DNA of 32,000 nt from an uncultured bacterium. GTDB taxonomy: Bacteria; Margulisbacteria; WOR-1; CAVSGV01. Below, piece by piece: positions 1-9,108 of this stretch. Location: assembly GCA_963699255.1 (NCBI GenBank), contig OY969425.1, positions 420,001 to 452,000 of the forward strand, written 5' to 3'. Both the position numbers and the translations under genes were made by a program. Positions within the stretch are counted from its first letter, which is position 1; the number at the start of each line of letters is the position of its first letter. The notes under the pieces were generated by a model that saw nothing but the letters and a program-made list of their open reading frames with translations, was not told the origin of the DNA and made no database searches.

Positions 1-1726
1 CGAGGCAGTGGCTTGAGGATACCCTTGGATCGTCGGTCTGGGTCTCATTGATCTTTATCCCTTTAACGAAATAGGTTTCAATGTCATAGCCCCCGTTAAC
101 GGTGGAATATCTCAGCGTCTCCTTTTCAAAAGCCTCAGGGTTCAAGGTCAGCATGCCGCACCTGAAAAAGTAGGGGAGAAGGTCGCGGAACCTGAAATCG
201 TATTCTATGTCAACCCTCGGTTCGTTCACGTGAACGTAAATTGTCTTCCAGAGGTCGCCTCCGGCGATCGGTATCTTGCATGTGACAGGTACCCTACCGG
301 CATGTTTGGAAAGATCTTCAGGCAATATCAGCTGTGTCTGTTCCAGGTCCGTCGATTTCTTGTTCCCGTCTTCCTGTATGATCGTGTGCCCGGTGTACTG
401 GTCGGTAGAGAAGCTTATCTGGTCGTAATAATCATGCGGGATGGTGCCGGCCATATGTGTATCATGTATCTTCGGGAATGTGAGTTTCTTTATGGCGCCG
501 CCCCGCCTGCTCATGAGCTCGATCCTGACATGCGGGGTGATGATCGTTTCGCCTTCGATTTTGACGCCGCCTTTTGAAGCCCTGATCACCGCGGGAGCGG
601 TCTTGTCGAACTTCGCAGTGATGTTATCCAGATACCCGAGCTTATTCCGGAGCTCCGTATATTTTTCATCCGTGGTGAACGTCCTGAAGTCGCTAGCAAA
701 AAGATAGCATAGCTTATCCCACATCTCCCTGGTGGCCTTTTTACCCGCATTTGATAGCCTTTCATACAGTTTGAAGCACTGGGTGTTCACTCTGGTGTTA
801 TCCCTGCCGCAGACAGCCCATCTTGTCACGTTATATTTCGCCTGTTTTTTCACGACAACGGGATACTGGGGAAAGCCGACCTCGACCTCTTTTTTGGGAG
901 GTATCTTTTTGATGGCCGTTGAAGGCGTTACAACTTCGATACCTTTGGTCTTTTCGAGCCCGGCGAAAAGATCTTCTAGTCTCTTGAGGTCGCCCTGATA
1001 GTCGAACGGCTTGTATAAAAAGTCGGAGCTTCCGGGAGAATAATTGAATATCTCCCAGTCGGACCCGTATAGCGGAAAAGCTCTGTCTTGAGCATTTGAT
1101 CTTTGAGCGTTAAGATATTCAATGTAATCATCAAGAGTGATTTCGTTCTTTATGTAGCGTTGGAACTTCTGGAAGGCTATCGAGCTGTTCCAGATTAGAC
1201 GGATCTTCTGGTCGTCGGTGCCTTTGAGAAGGAGAGGGGAGTATTTGAATTCCGCGGGAAAGTTGCCGAACTCCTGTGAGTTATCCCAGTCAAGCACAGT
1301 GGCCCCGTATCCGCCTTTTTTGATTACTTTTACAAGGCCTTTTGAGTAAACCTGTTCGTTGAGATAGAAGATTTCCGGGATGAAACCGAGTATCTTTTTA
1401 TAAACGCGGTTGCCCATCTCGATGTTATGCTGATTCACCTCCGCCGGTATCAGCGGCATGATGTTCTGCGAATAGCCGGAGCCGATAACCTCGCATTTTC
1501 CTTGAGCGCATCTGGATTTGAGTCCCGTGATGAAGCCTTTGTCCAGCGATGCTATCTTTTCCATGGTGTAAGCGGGGAATTCCAGGCCGAGGGCGACATC
1601 ATATTTGTCCAGCATTTTAAGGACGGGCCAGTAGCATTTCTCGATCATCGCCGGGTACTGGAATTCCGGGATGCTTGAGAATTGCAGGTTGGCGTGAAAG
1701 AACGTATATAAATAAAGTTTGCTCAT
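1..1726 (-). CDS. Glycoside hydrolase family 57-like protein (partial, C-terminus outside window)
   Basis: Continuous minus-strand reading frame (by hand translation of sampled stretches) from ATG at 1726, running off the left edge: MSKLYLYTFFHANLQFSSIPEFQYPAMIEKCYWPVLKMLDKYDVALGLEFPAYTMEKIASLDKGFITGL...GSGYSQNIMPLIPAEVNQHNIEMGNRVYKKILGFIPEIFYLNEQVYS. The layout resembles GH57 N-terminal domains. Absent from the ORF track because its stop lies outside the window. Confidence 0.65.
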   Translation of the reverse strand, partial: MSKLYLYTFFHANLQFSSIPEFQYPAMIEKCYWPVLKMLDKYDVALGLEFPAYTMEKIASLDKGFITGLKSRCAQGKCEVIGSGYSQNIMPLIPAEVNQHNIEMGNRVYKKILGFIPEIFYLNEQVYSKGLVKVIKKGGYGATVLDWDNSQEFGNFPAEFKYSPLLLKGTDDQKIRLIWNSSIAFQKFQRYIKNEITLDDYIEYLNAQRSNAQDRAFPLYGSDWEIFNYSPGSSDFLYKPFDYQGDLKRLEDLFAGLEKTKGIEVVTPSTAIKKIPPKKEVEVGFPQYPVVVKKQAKYNVTRWAVCGRDNTRVNTQCFKLYERLSNAGKKATREMWDKLCYLFASDFRTFTTDEKYTELRNKLGYLDNITAKFDKTAPAVIRASKGGVKIEGETIITPHVRIELMSRRGGAIKKLTFPKIHDTHMAGTIPHDYYDQISFSTDQYTGHTIIQEDGNKKSTDLEQTQLILPEDLSKHAGRVPVTCKIPIAGGDLWKTIYVHVNEPRVDIEYDFRFRDLLPYFFRCGMLTLNPEAFEKETLRYSTVNGGYDIETYFVKGIKINETQTDDPRVSSSHCL

Positions 1727-1761
1727 TCAGTATATTCTATAATTATTCGATTCCGTTGTCG

Positions 1762-2496
1762 CTATGCAATCCGTTTTTTTATCCACGCGTGATCCGGGTC
1801 GTCAAAAGGGGACAGCTTCCTTTTGTCGCCCGCCAGGATCCACAGGTAATAAAGGCTGTATCCGGGCGCCGCGACGACGGGATGGTATCCTTTCGGGATC
1901 ATTATTATGTCATCGTTCCTGATAGTGAACGTTCTATCGAAGCCTTTCCCGTATATCCTCTGAAGACCGAAACCCTGCGGCGGAGAAATGCGGAAATAAT
2001 ACAGCTCCTCCATTTTCACCTCTTTGGGAGGCCTGTTCATGTCGTGCTTATGGGGCGGGCTGCTGGACCAGTTCCCGGGAGGATTGATCGTTTCTCCAAC
2101 CAGCATGTGATCGGCGTCCGTATCCCCATCAATAATATTGAAAACCTTTCTTTCCCAGTTGCCTTTTCCCACGCGCTTTACTTTTACCATGCTCGGGGTA
2201 ATCAGCTTCGGGGCGAATTTCCTTGAAGCTTTGACCCTGCAGACGGCTATTGTGGTCGGCGCAAGAGCTTTTATTGAACACTGCGAATCGATCGGGATAT
2301 ATGCCGCGTGGGCCTTATCTTTGAATACGGACCTTCTTCTGCCCATTTTGCCCAGAGGACTGTTATCGACTATCAGGCTGCATAGACCGTCAAGCAGCAC
2401 CAGCGCGATCTCACGGTTGCCGGAATCGATCTCATGCTTTTGACCTTTTTTCAGGCGCAGTAATTCGAATAAAATCTTTTTAAGTCCCATGTTCAC
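1762..2496 (-). CDS. iolB: IolB-like 5-deoxy-glucuronate isomerase (cupin)
   Basis: 244 aa ORF with NPPGNWSSSPPHKHD, EELYYFRISPPQGFGLQRIY, MIPKGYHPVVAAPGYSLYYLWILAG, all typical of the IolB family. Confidence 0.85.
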   Translation of the reverse strand: MNMGLKKILFELLRLKKGQKHEIDSGNREIALVLLDGLCSLIVDNSPLGKMGRRRSVFKDKAHAAYIPIDSQCSIKALAPTTIAVCRVKASRKFAPKLITPSMVKVKRVGKGNWERKVFNIIDGDTDADHMLVGETINPPGNWSSSPPHKHDMNRPPKEVKMEELYYFRISPPQGFGLQRIYGKGFDRTFTIRNDDIIMIPKGYHPVVAAPGYSLYYLWILAGDKRKLSPFDDPDHAWIKKRIA

Positions 2497-3698
2497 ACCT
2501 CCGAAGTATCGATCTTTACGGTCGAAGCGGCCTTGTCAAATATCTTGTTGGTTTCCTCATAGTCCTTTCCGACAACGATTATATAGCACACGATATCCGC
2601 GCAGCTCTTGTAAGGTGATATCAGGTCGCCTTTTTTCGTATACATTATTACCTGTTTGACGCCTTTGATCTTCTTCGCTTTTTCAACGCCGGTAATGCTC
2701 ATGACTTTCCCCGGTTTTGGGAATATGCATTTGCAGATGGAGACCCTGTCCCATTTGGATTTAGTTGCGGATTCCGGCATAGGTTTGCCTATGGCTATTG
2801 TCAGGGCTGCCTTTATCGGATCCATTCCTGTTGCCAGAGGGGTCGTGTATTGGGAATGGAAGCCGCCGCTCAATCTTGCGGGCATTTCGATTATCTTAGG
2901 GCCGTCATTGGTCAGTATCATGTCTGCCTTGGCCGGGCCGAAAGTGATGCCCAACGATCTGGCGGCTTTTTCCACCACCTTATATATATCTTCCTGTATA
3001 TTTTTCGGCAGTCTTGTCGGATTTGAATGTCCGATCTCGATCTTGTACGGGTCGAAGTCGTATATCCTGTCAACGATCCCGAACCTGTGATGAACGTTCC
3101 TGTAAACGATGGTTTCAACGCTTTGTTCCGTACCCTCGAGATGTTCTTCGATCAGGGCCGTTTTGGTGGTGGAATATTTTTGCGCATCGATCAGAGCTTC
3201 CTTAAGCTCATCCGCCGAAACGATCTTCCTGGAGCCTCTTGAGGCGGCGCTGTCGACAGCTTTTACCATCACGGGGAATCGTCCGATCTTTTCCACCGCT
3301 CTTGCTGCGCCGTTAAGATCCTTTACTTCAAAGGACATGGCCGTGGGAACGCTGTCCTCGAGCCATTTCTTCTTCATCAGAGCTTTATTGTTGCTTCTTA
3401 CGGCCACGTTCATCGGTATGCCGGGAAGACCTAATGCGTTTGTTACAGCCGCGACGGTCACCGCGACGTCAGCCCCGGCAAAAGCCCCTATGATATTGTA
3501 TTTCCCTTTGTTTTTCAGGGCGAACCTGACATGTCCTTCCACGTTCTTCGTGTCCATCACGACCCTGACGTCCGCGTGCCTGAAGCCGGGAGCCTTCGAG
3601 TCGCGGTCGGTGGCGATAACGTTAAGTCCCATTTTTTTCGCGGTCAGTATCGCCGGTACCTGCATCAATCCCGCGCTGACGATGATTATAGATCTCAT
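2493..3698 (-). CDS. ATP-grasp domain protein (carbamoyl-phosphate-synthase-large-chain-like)
   Basis: 401 aa; Rossmann-like N-terminus MRSIIIVSAGLMQVPAILTAKKMGLNVIATDRDSKAPG, then FPVMVKAVDSAASRG and FGPAKADMILTNDGPKIIEMPARLSGG. Overlaps the next gene by 4 nt. Confidence 0.85.
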   Translation of the reverse strand: MRSIIIVSAGLMQVPAILTAKKMGLNVIATDRDSKAPGFRHADVRVVMDTKNVEGHVRFALKNKGKYNIIGAFAGADVAVTVAAVTNALGLPGIPMNVAVRSNNKALMKKKWLEDSVPTAMSFEVKDLNGAARAVEKIGRFPVMVKAVDSAASRGSRKIVSADELKEALIDAQKYSTTKTALIEEHLEGTEQSVETIVYRNVHHRFGIVDRIYDFDPYKIEIGHSNPTRLPKNIQEDIYKVVEKAARSLGITFGPAKADMILTNDGPKIIEMPARLSGGFHSQYTTPLATGMDPIKAALTIAIGKPMPESATKSKWDRVSICKCIFPKPGKVMSITGVEKAKKIKGVKQVIMYTKKGDLISPYKSCADIVCYIIVVGKDYEETNKIFDKAASTVKIDTSEV

Positions 3699-4459
3699 AT
3701 TCCGTATGATAAGAACCCTCCGTCAACGCAGATCGTTTCGCCTGTGATGAAATCACCCGCGCTGCTGGCCAGGAGAAGGGCCGCGCCTATAAGGTCTTTC
3801 GTGTTGCCGAGCCTTCTCATGGGCGTTCTGTCCAGGATCCTGTTCAGGCGGGCTTTATCCGAAAGCGCTTTTTTGTTCAGTTCGGTCCTGAACACGCCCG
3901 GTGTTATCGCGTTGACATTGATATTGTATCTTGCCCATTCGCAGGCGAGAGTTCTAGTAAGCGCCAGAACTCCGCCTTTGCTGGCGCAGTAAGCGGCGGC
4001 CTCTGTCAAACTGACGTGCGACCCGAGCGAAGCGATGTTTATTATTTTGCCTGAGCCCTGTTTTTTCATCTGTTCGCCGAAAACCTTGCAGACCAGGAAT
4101 GTGCCTTTCAGGTTAACGTCGATGACCTTGTCCCATTCTTTTTCCGAGACCAGGAAACTATCTTTTTTCTGATGTGTGCCCGCGCAATTCACCACAACGT
4201 CGATCCTCTTGAATTTTGAAACGATCTTTTTTGAGAGGGCAGTCAGGCTTTTTTCGCTGGTAACATCCACCGGACAGATCACCCTTTTATCAGAAGGGAC
4301 CCCGAGAGATTCATATGTTGAGAGATTCTCCCGTCCGGACCTTGAGGATATGATGACGGACGCGCCGAAATCTTTTAATCCTCTGGCAATATCCTTTCCG
4401 ATACTTCCACTGCCGCCTATGACAAGGGCCATTTTTGAACTCAAGTCAAATGGATTCAT
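3695..4459 (-). CDS. SDR-family oxidoreductase (gluconate 5-dehydrogenase / 3-oxoacyl-ACP reductase-like)
   Basis: 254 aa; GGSGSIGKDIA cofactor loop, NCAGTH, YCASKGG catalytic YxxxK, NINVNAITPG. Confidence 0.9.
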   Translation of the reverse strand: MNPFDLSSKMALVIGGSGSIGKDIARGLKDFGASVIISSRSGRENLSTYESLGVPSDKRVICPVDVTSEKSLTALSKKIVSKFKRIDVVVNCAGTHQKKDSFLVSEKEWDKVIDVNLKGTFLVCKVFGEQMKKQGSGKIINIASLGSHVSLTEAAAYCASKGGVLALTRTLACEWARYNINVNAITPGVFRTELNKKALSDKARLNRILDRTPMRRLGNTKDLIGAALLLASSAGDFITGETICVDGGFLSYGI

Positions 4460-4489
4460 AAATGCTTCCTCCTATTATTAGCCGGACTT

Positions 4490-5600
4490 TTAATTCGTTA
4501 TCACGTAGATCGGGACATCGTAATTGGACTTCCATTTTTTCCTGTCGTATATCCCGTTTTGCACAAGTATGCTGACAAGGCCTTTGTGTTCCCTGGCTTT
4601 TTTCATGTCATCCTCCGCCGTGAAACGGCTTATGACGCGCGACTTATAAGATAATCGATGATTTTTCACTTTACTGTTCAGGCTGAAATTTATAAGCTCT
4701 TCAAATGGCGAGATGTTAAGGCCGCTGGGAACGATGTAAAGCGACAAAAGTATCCCATGGAACCTGGGCGCCACTTCCATTATCATAAGTTTTCCGTTCT
4801 TGTCCCTTATCAGAATCTCCCTTTACCGGTCCGTGGGTCAAGCCGATCGCCCCACATGCTTTTTCGAATATCTTATAGACGCGTTCCTGTTCGGCCAGCG
4901 GTAATATCGAAGGGCATCGTCCCTCGATAACGACGGCATAGGGGAGTTTGCTGGAGGTCTTGTCGCTGATGCCCAGCCTTATCAGCTTGCCCTTATTCAT
5001 GATGCCGTTCACGTCGTGAAGAGTGGCATCCTCAATATATTTTTCGCAGACCACCTGTTTCGTGTATGAATGCTTCATCGCCCGGTCAAATGCGTCTTTG
5101 ATATGTGACGGGTTGTCCACTACCGTCACTCCCAGGCAGCTGGAACTGTCGGCAGGTTTCAGGATAAGTTTGCCTCCGTGTCTCGCGAGTTCTTTTTTAA
5201 CGTCTTGATATGATCTCACCGGTATGCTGAAGGGGGAGGGGATCCGGTGATGAAGGAAAACATCTTTCATCAGGCCCTTGTGTTCGCATATATATGAAGC
5301 TTTTGTCGAGTGCCACTTTATACCGAGAGCGCCGGCCACTATGGCTGCGGAAAGGAACAGCTCGGTGCCTGTGTAGACCGTCAGGATCCTGTCATCCAGC
5401 TTGTTGCTGTACAGGTATGAAAGGATGCCGAACGCGTCGCGGCCGTCAATAACGACGGGTATGTCGCATTGTGACAGCGCTTTGGCTTTTGGATCGCGGT
5501 TCGTTACGATGGTCTTTAAGCCTTTCCCTTTGGCGATCTTCAGCTGGGGCGTGTTAAGGTCGCCCATCCCGATGAAAAGTATGCGATCCTTCTTAACCAC
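4490..5600 (-). CDS. ATP-grasp domain protein, interrupted by an apparent frameshift near 4811-4824
   Basis: The N-terminal ORF 4716..5600 (MVKKDRILFIGMGDLNTPQLKIAKGKGLKTIVTNRDPKA...GAIGLTHGPVKGD) continues in another frame in ORF 4490..4786 and upstream of its ATG (LIRDKNGKLMIMEVAPRFHGILLSLYIVPSG). Removing one base restores GPVKGDLIRDKNGKLMIMEVAPRFHG, a standard ATP-grasp C-terminal motif layout. Confidence 0.8.
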
Positions 5601-6741
5601 TTATAGTTCTCCTGTCAGACAGATGCGGGAAAAGCCCGGTAACTGCCCCAAGTATCTGTTTTTTCGAATTCACGAGCAGATTGTATCCTTTCACTTTCAT
5701 TTTTCCCTTCTTTGAGCCAAGCGTCCAGGGTTCGAGGAGCTTTATATATTTAAGTTTACCGCGTTTTGCCGGGACGTTCACGTCATAGAACAGCGCTGAA
5801 CTGCCTTTGAACGGCGGCTGAGGGTCTACGGGGAGGTTCAAATGGACGTTCACATAATTTCCCAGCAGATCGTATCCGTAAGATTCCTTGCACAAATAAA
5901 TCCCATGAACAGGCAGAAATTCAGCCTCTATCAGATTTAAATCCATATTATTGGATAATATTATATCACAGTTGAGAGCGAGCGGGCCGAACCTGAACAC
6001 TCCGCAGAGAGCTTCGATCATCCGGATGATCTTTCCTCGAAGTTGTGTCAGCGTATCATCCGCTTCAGCGGTGGATCCCGTTATTTCTCCCAGTTCGTTG
6101 TCATATAATGTCCATCCGGGGCTTAAAAAGATCACTTTTTTGCCGTTCCATATGGCGTCGACAGCGATCTCGGGTCCATTGACGAATGTTTCGATGACGG
6201 CGTCCTTTTTCAGGCTGTGTTTGACCGCATCGGCGAAGGCAGGTTTTAGCTGATCCAGATGAGAAACAAAGTTGACGCCTTTTCCTCCCAATCCGCTTGT
6301 CGCGGGCTTTATGACAACGGGAAGGTCCCGCTCACGGACACTTTTAATGTCTTTCCATGTCCTTATGGAAGAAAGCTTTGCTTTGTTGAATGCCTTCCTT
6401 AACAGGTTCTTATTGAGTAGTATATTCATCGTTCTTTTGTCGATATGTTTTATTCCAAGCTTTGCCTTCAGGGTTTCAACCGTCCTGAAAGGCTCTCCCG
6501 TGCATGCCGTCATGACTTGTTTGATCTGTTTGATCTCATCTTTGAACCCTATCTGCAGGCCTTTCCATGTTCCCGCGGCGTCATATGTGCTTACGTTAAT
6601 AAATCCGTCAACGATGTCCCTTGCCGGGGCGTCCGGATTGATATCCGTCGCGATAATGCGGTATCCGAGGGCTTTGATCCGTTCTATATATTTGATCTGT
6701 GATGCTCCGCCGCCGATGAAAAGCACAGTGTCTTTTGTCAT
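5593..6741 (-). CDS. ATP-grasp domain protein
   Basis: 382 aa; MTKDTVLFIGGGASQIKYIERIKALGYRIIATDINPDAPARD, LPVVIKPATSGLGGKGVNFV, FGPLALNCDIILSNNMDLNLIEAEFLP. Confidence 0.85.
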   Translation of the reverse strand: MTKDTVLFIGGGASQIKYIERIKALGYRIIATDINPDAPARDIVDGFINVSTYDAAGTWKGLQIGFKDEIKQIKQVMTACTGEPFRTVETLKAKLGIKHIDKRTMNILLNKNLLRKAFNKAKLSSIRTWKDIKSVRERDLPVVIKPATSGLGGKGVNFVSHLDQLKPAFADAVKHSLKKDAVIETFVNGPEIAVDAIWNGKKVIFLSPGWTLYDNELGEITGSTAEADDTLTQLRGKIIRMIEALCGVFRFGPLALNCDIILSNNMDLNLIEAEFLPVHGIYLCKESYGYDLLGNYVNVHLNLPVDPQPPFKGSSALFYDVNVPAKRGKLKYIKLLEPWTLGSKKGKMKVKGYNLLVNSKKQILGAVTGLFPHLSDRRTISG

Positions 6742-7709
6742 TACTTTTCAAGTCCCCTCAACAGCTTAATGATCCTTTGGACGCCTTTTCCATCGACCAG
6801 CTTTTTGCCGCCATTTGATAATTTCAGCGATCTCTTTTGATCGTGCTTCAGGCGATCCACAACGTTCAATATGGATGCTTCAGAAACATCCTTGAAGTAT
6901 CCCAGAGAGATAGAAGTTCCAAGTTTTTCAAAAGTGCGGATCTCATCTTTCTCCCTCATGTAATTGCTCATAATAAACGCAGGAACTCCCATGTAAGCAA
7001 GCTCATACAGGGTAGTTCCGAACGCCGTTATCGCAAGGTCCGATGAGGCCATAAGTTTTGCTATGTTCTTCGGGTTCTTAATGACCGTGAACCTGCGGTC
7101 TGACGGAATGTGCTGTTCTTTGAATGCGGCCCCCAGAACAATAACAGCCTTGAAATCCCATTTGAGATGTTTAAGTGCCTTGCAGACCTTCTGCGTGAGC
7201 CTGTTCGGGTCCGACCCTCCCATCGTAACTAGTATCGTGAACCTGCCGTGACGGATCCTCTTTGATTTAAGGAATTCGGGATTCAGCGGGAAGTATTCAG
7301 CGCCGATATATTTCTTCCCCTTAAACCCTTTCCATCTCAAGTTGTCCCTGAAATGAGATACCGGGAATATCACGATATCCGAGATGAGCCTAGCCTTGCT
7401 CGCGTTATCGATCAGGCATATTTTTGAGCTCTTCGATCTTAGCTCTTTTATCTGCGCGGATACGTCGCCCTTCTGGTCTATGACGGTCACTCCCGGATTA
7501 AAAAGTTTGATCGGGGAGCTTGAGAGCAGAAAAGCCTTAAAGCCTTTGTCCTTCAACATTTTGATCGGTGCATTATCACCGTTGACGAGAAAGCGAATCT
7601 TTTTACCTTTTGCTCTCAGCCCGGAAGCGATAGCGATAGAACGCCTCAGATGACCATAACCGGCCTCGGAACCGGCTTTGATGAAGAACAAATAATCGCA
7701 GTTGATCAT
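6741..7709 (-). CDS. pseG: PseG/SpsG-like nucleotide-sugar hydrolase (UDP-2,4-diacetamido-2,4,6-trideoxy-altrose hydrolase-like)
   Basis: 322 aa; GYGHLRRSIAIASGLRAKGKKIRFLVNGD, ILVTMGGSDPNRLTQKVCKAL, MASSDLAITAFGTTLYELAYMGVPAFIMS. Confidence 0.8.
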   Translation of the reverse strand: MINCDYLFFIKAGSEAGYGHLRRSIAIASGLRAKGKKIRFLVNGDNAPIKMLKDKGFKAFLLSSSPIKLFNPGVTVIDQKGDVSAQIKELRSKSSKICLIDNASKARLISDIVIFPVSHFRDNLRWKGFKGKKYIGAEYFPLNPEFLKSKRIRHGRFTILVTMGGSDPNRLTQKVCKALKHLKWDFKAVIVLGAAFKEQHIPSDRRFTVIKNPKNIAKLMASSDLAITAFGTTLYELAYMGVPAFIMSNYMREKDEIRTFEKLGTSISLGYFKDVSEASILNVVDRLKHDQKRSLKLSNGGKKLVDGKGVQRIIKLLRGLEK

Positions 7710-8389
7710 TTTACAAGGCGCACCAGCTCAAAGGCCTCGGCTGCTTTAAGCCCGCTGTCGACGCCACGCTTCTTCGCGAGGATGGTTATTGCCTCGACGG
7801 ACCTTGGATGCGGCCATTTTCTTATCTCGCTTTTGTATGCTTTCATTGCGGCGATCTTTGTTTTTAATGTGCCGGAAATATCCATGTAAACGTTCGGCTG
7901 GAAAGAACACGGATAGTTCCACTCGGTGGAGGAGGGGACCTCGAAAGAAATGATCTTTTTTACCGTTTCTCCCGGAAGAGGGCGGCACGCGGTCAATACG
8001 GCCTCGAACGTTATCCTGTGATCGATGTTAAGATCGGCTCTGTGATGAGTGTAAATGACATCGGGTCTTACCTTTGCCTTGATCTCCTCGACGATCTTGA
8101 CTATGTCGAGGAATTCACACGCGTCGAACCTGTTGTCAGGAAGGTCTTTTGTGAAAATTTGTCTTATCTTCAGCAGTTTCGCGGCGTTAGAAGTATACCC
8201 TTTCAGGTCCTTGATCGCCTTGCTTCCGAGACCGCCTTCTCTCTTCATGTATCTGGACGTTATCCCTTCTCCGAGGATGAGAGCGTAGACCTCGTGTCCC
8301 TCGCGCGCGAGGCGGGCCATTGTTCCCCCGCAGCCGAGTACCTCGTCATCCGGATGGGCCGCTACGATCAATATTTTTTTCGTTTTCAT
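7706..8389 (-). CDS. PIG-L/LmbE-family deacetylase
   Basis: 227 aa; ILIVAAHPDDEVLGCGGTMARLAREGHEVYALILGEG, YTHHRADLNIDHR. Confidence 0.93.
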   Translation of the reverse strand: MKTKKILIVAAHPDDEVLGCGGTMARLAREGHEVYALILGEGITSRYMKREGGLGSKAIKDLKGYTSNAAKLLKIRQIFTKDLPDNRFDACEFLDIVKIVEEIKAKVRPDVIYTHHRADLNIDHRITFEAVLTACRPLPGETVKKIISFEVPSSTEWNYPCSFQPNVYMDISGTLKTKIAAMKAYKSEIRKWPHPRSVEAITILAKKRGVDSGLKAAEAFELVRLVK

Positions 8390-9108
8390 GACAGCATCTC
8401 CTTTATCTTATTTTTATCCACGTTCTTTGACATTATAACATCAAAAGCTTTATCTGGTCCGGCATTGAACAACAGGTCAACTATGGCCATACTCGGCTGG
8501 AATTCCCCCCACATTTGAGGATATGAAGGGTGTTCGTATTCCTGAAAAAGCAGCTTTATCCCTTTGCTTTCAAAGGACGCTTTATCCGCGTAATCTTTGC
8601 CGAGAGCGCCGAAAACGAACATCTTCGCCTTAAAATGTTCGCAGAGGTCCAGGATGAGCTGTTCTTTTTTGTTCGTTATTTTCAGTTCGCTTTGCACGTG
8701 AACTTTTGTCTGGGTCTTAAGTTCTTTAAGAAAATAGTCCATGGTATATTTGAGAAGCGGGAACAGCCTGTCCCAATCTTTCTTGTACAGGTCCTCGAAA
8801 AAATCGCTGTAAAGGTGGAAGCAGGGCGCTTTTTTGTAGTTCATGTAAAGGCTCTTCCAGTGTTTGGACCGCCAGTCCTCCCTATTGTTGATCTCCATGT
8901 CTTTTATGCGCTTATCCGTGTGTCCTGAGATCAGGATCGGAACGGTAAGCCAGATAGGGCCCTGGGGCGTCTTGATCTTGTTCCTGTTCGTGAAGCTGTT
9001 CTTTTCGAACTGGACATCATCGAGCATCACAAAATCATCACTTATCGCTATCTTATGGAAAAGTCCGAGCCACGGCAGATAAGCGGGTTGATGCGCGGTT
9101 AAGATCAA
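8386..9108 (-). CDS. WbqC-family protein
   Basis: 240 aa; MILTAHQPAYLPWLGLFHKIAISDDFVMLDDVQFEKNSFTNRNKIKTPQGPIWLTVPI, characteristic of WbqC-like proteins. Confidence 0.9.
   Translation of the reverse strand: MILTAHQPAYLPWLGLFHKIAISDDFVMLDDVQFEKNSFTNRNKIKTPQGPIWLTVPILISGHTDKRIKDMEINNREDWRSKHWKSLYMNYKKAPCFHLYSDFFEDLYKKDWDRLFPLLKYTMDYFLKELKTQTKVHVQSELKITNKKEQLILDLCEHFKAKMFVFGALGKDYADKASFESKGIKLLFQEYEHPSYPQMWGEFQPSMAIVDLLFNAGPDKAFDVIMSKNVDKNKIKEMLS

Noticed and set aside
1675-2226. 183 aa plus-strand ORF
   Set aside because: Lies antisense to the clear IolB-like gene, with no family motif.
3109-3747. 212 aa plus-strand ORF
   Set aside because: Antisense shadow of the ATP-grasp gene 2493-3698; no recognisable domain and composition typical of a codon-biased antisense frame.
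4658-4930. 90 aa plus-strand ORF across the ATP-grasp frameshift
   Set aside because: Antisense to conserved ATP-grasp sequence in both frames; no domain signature.
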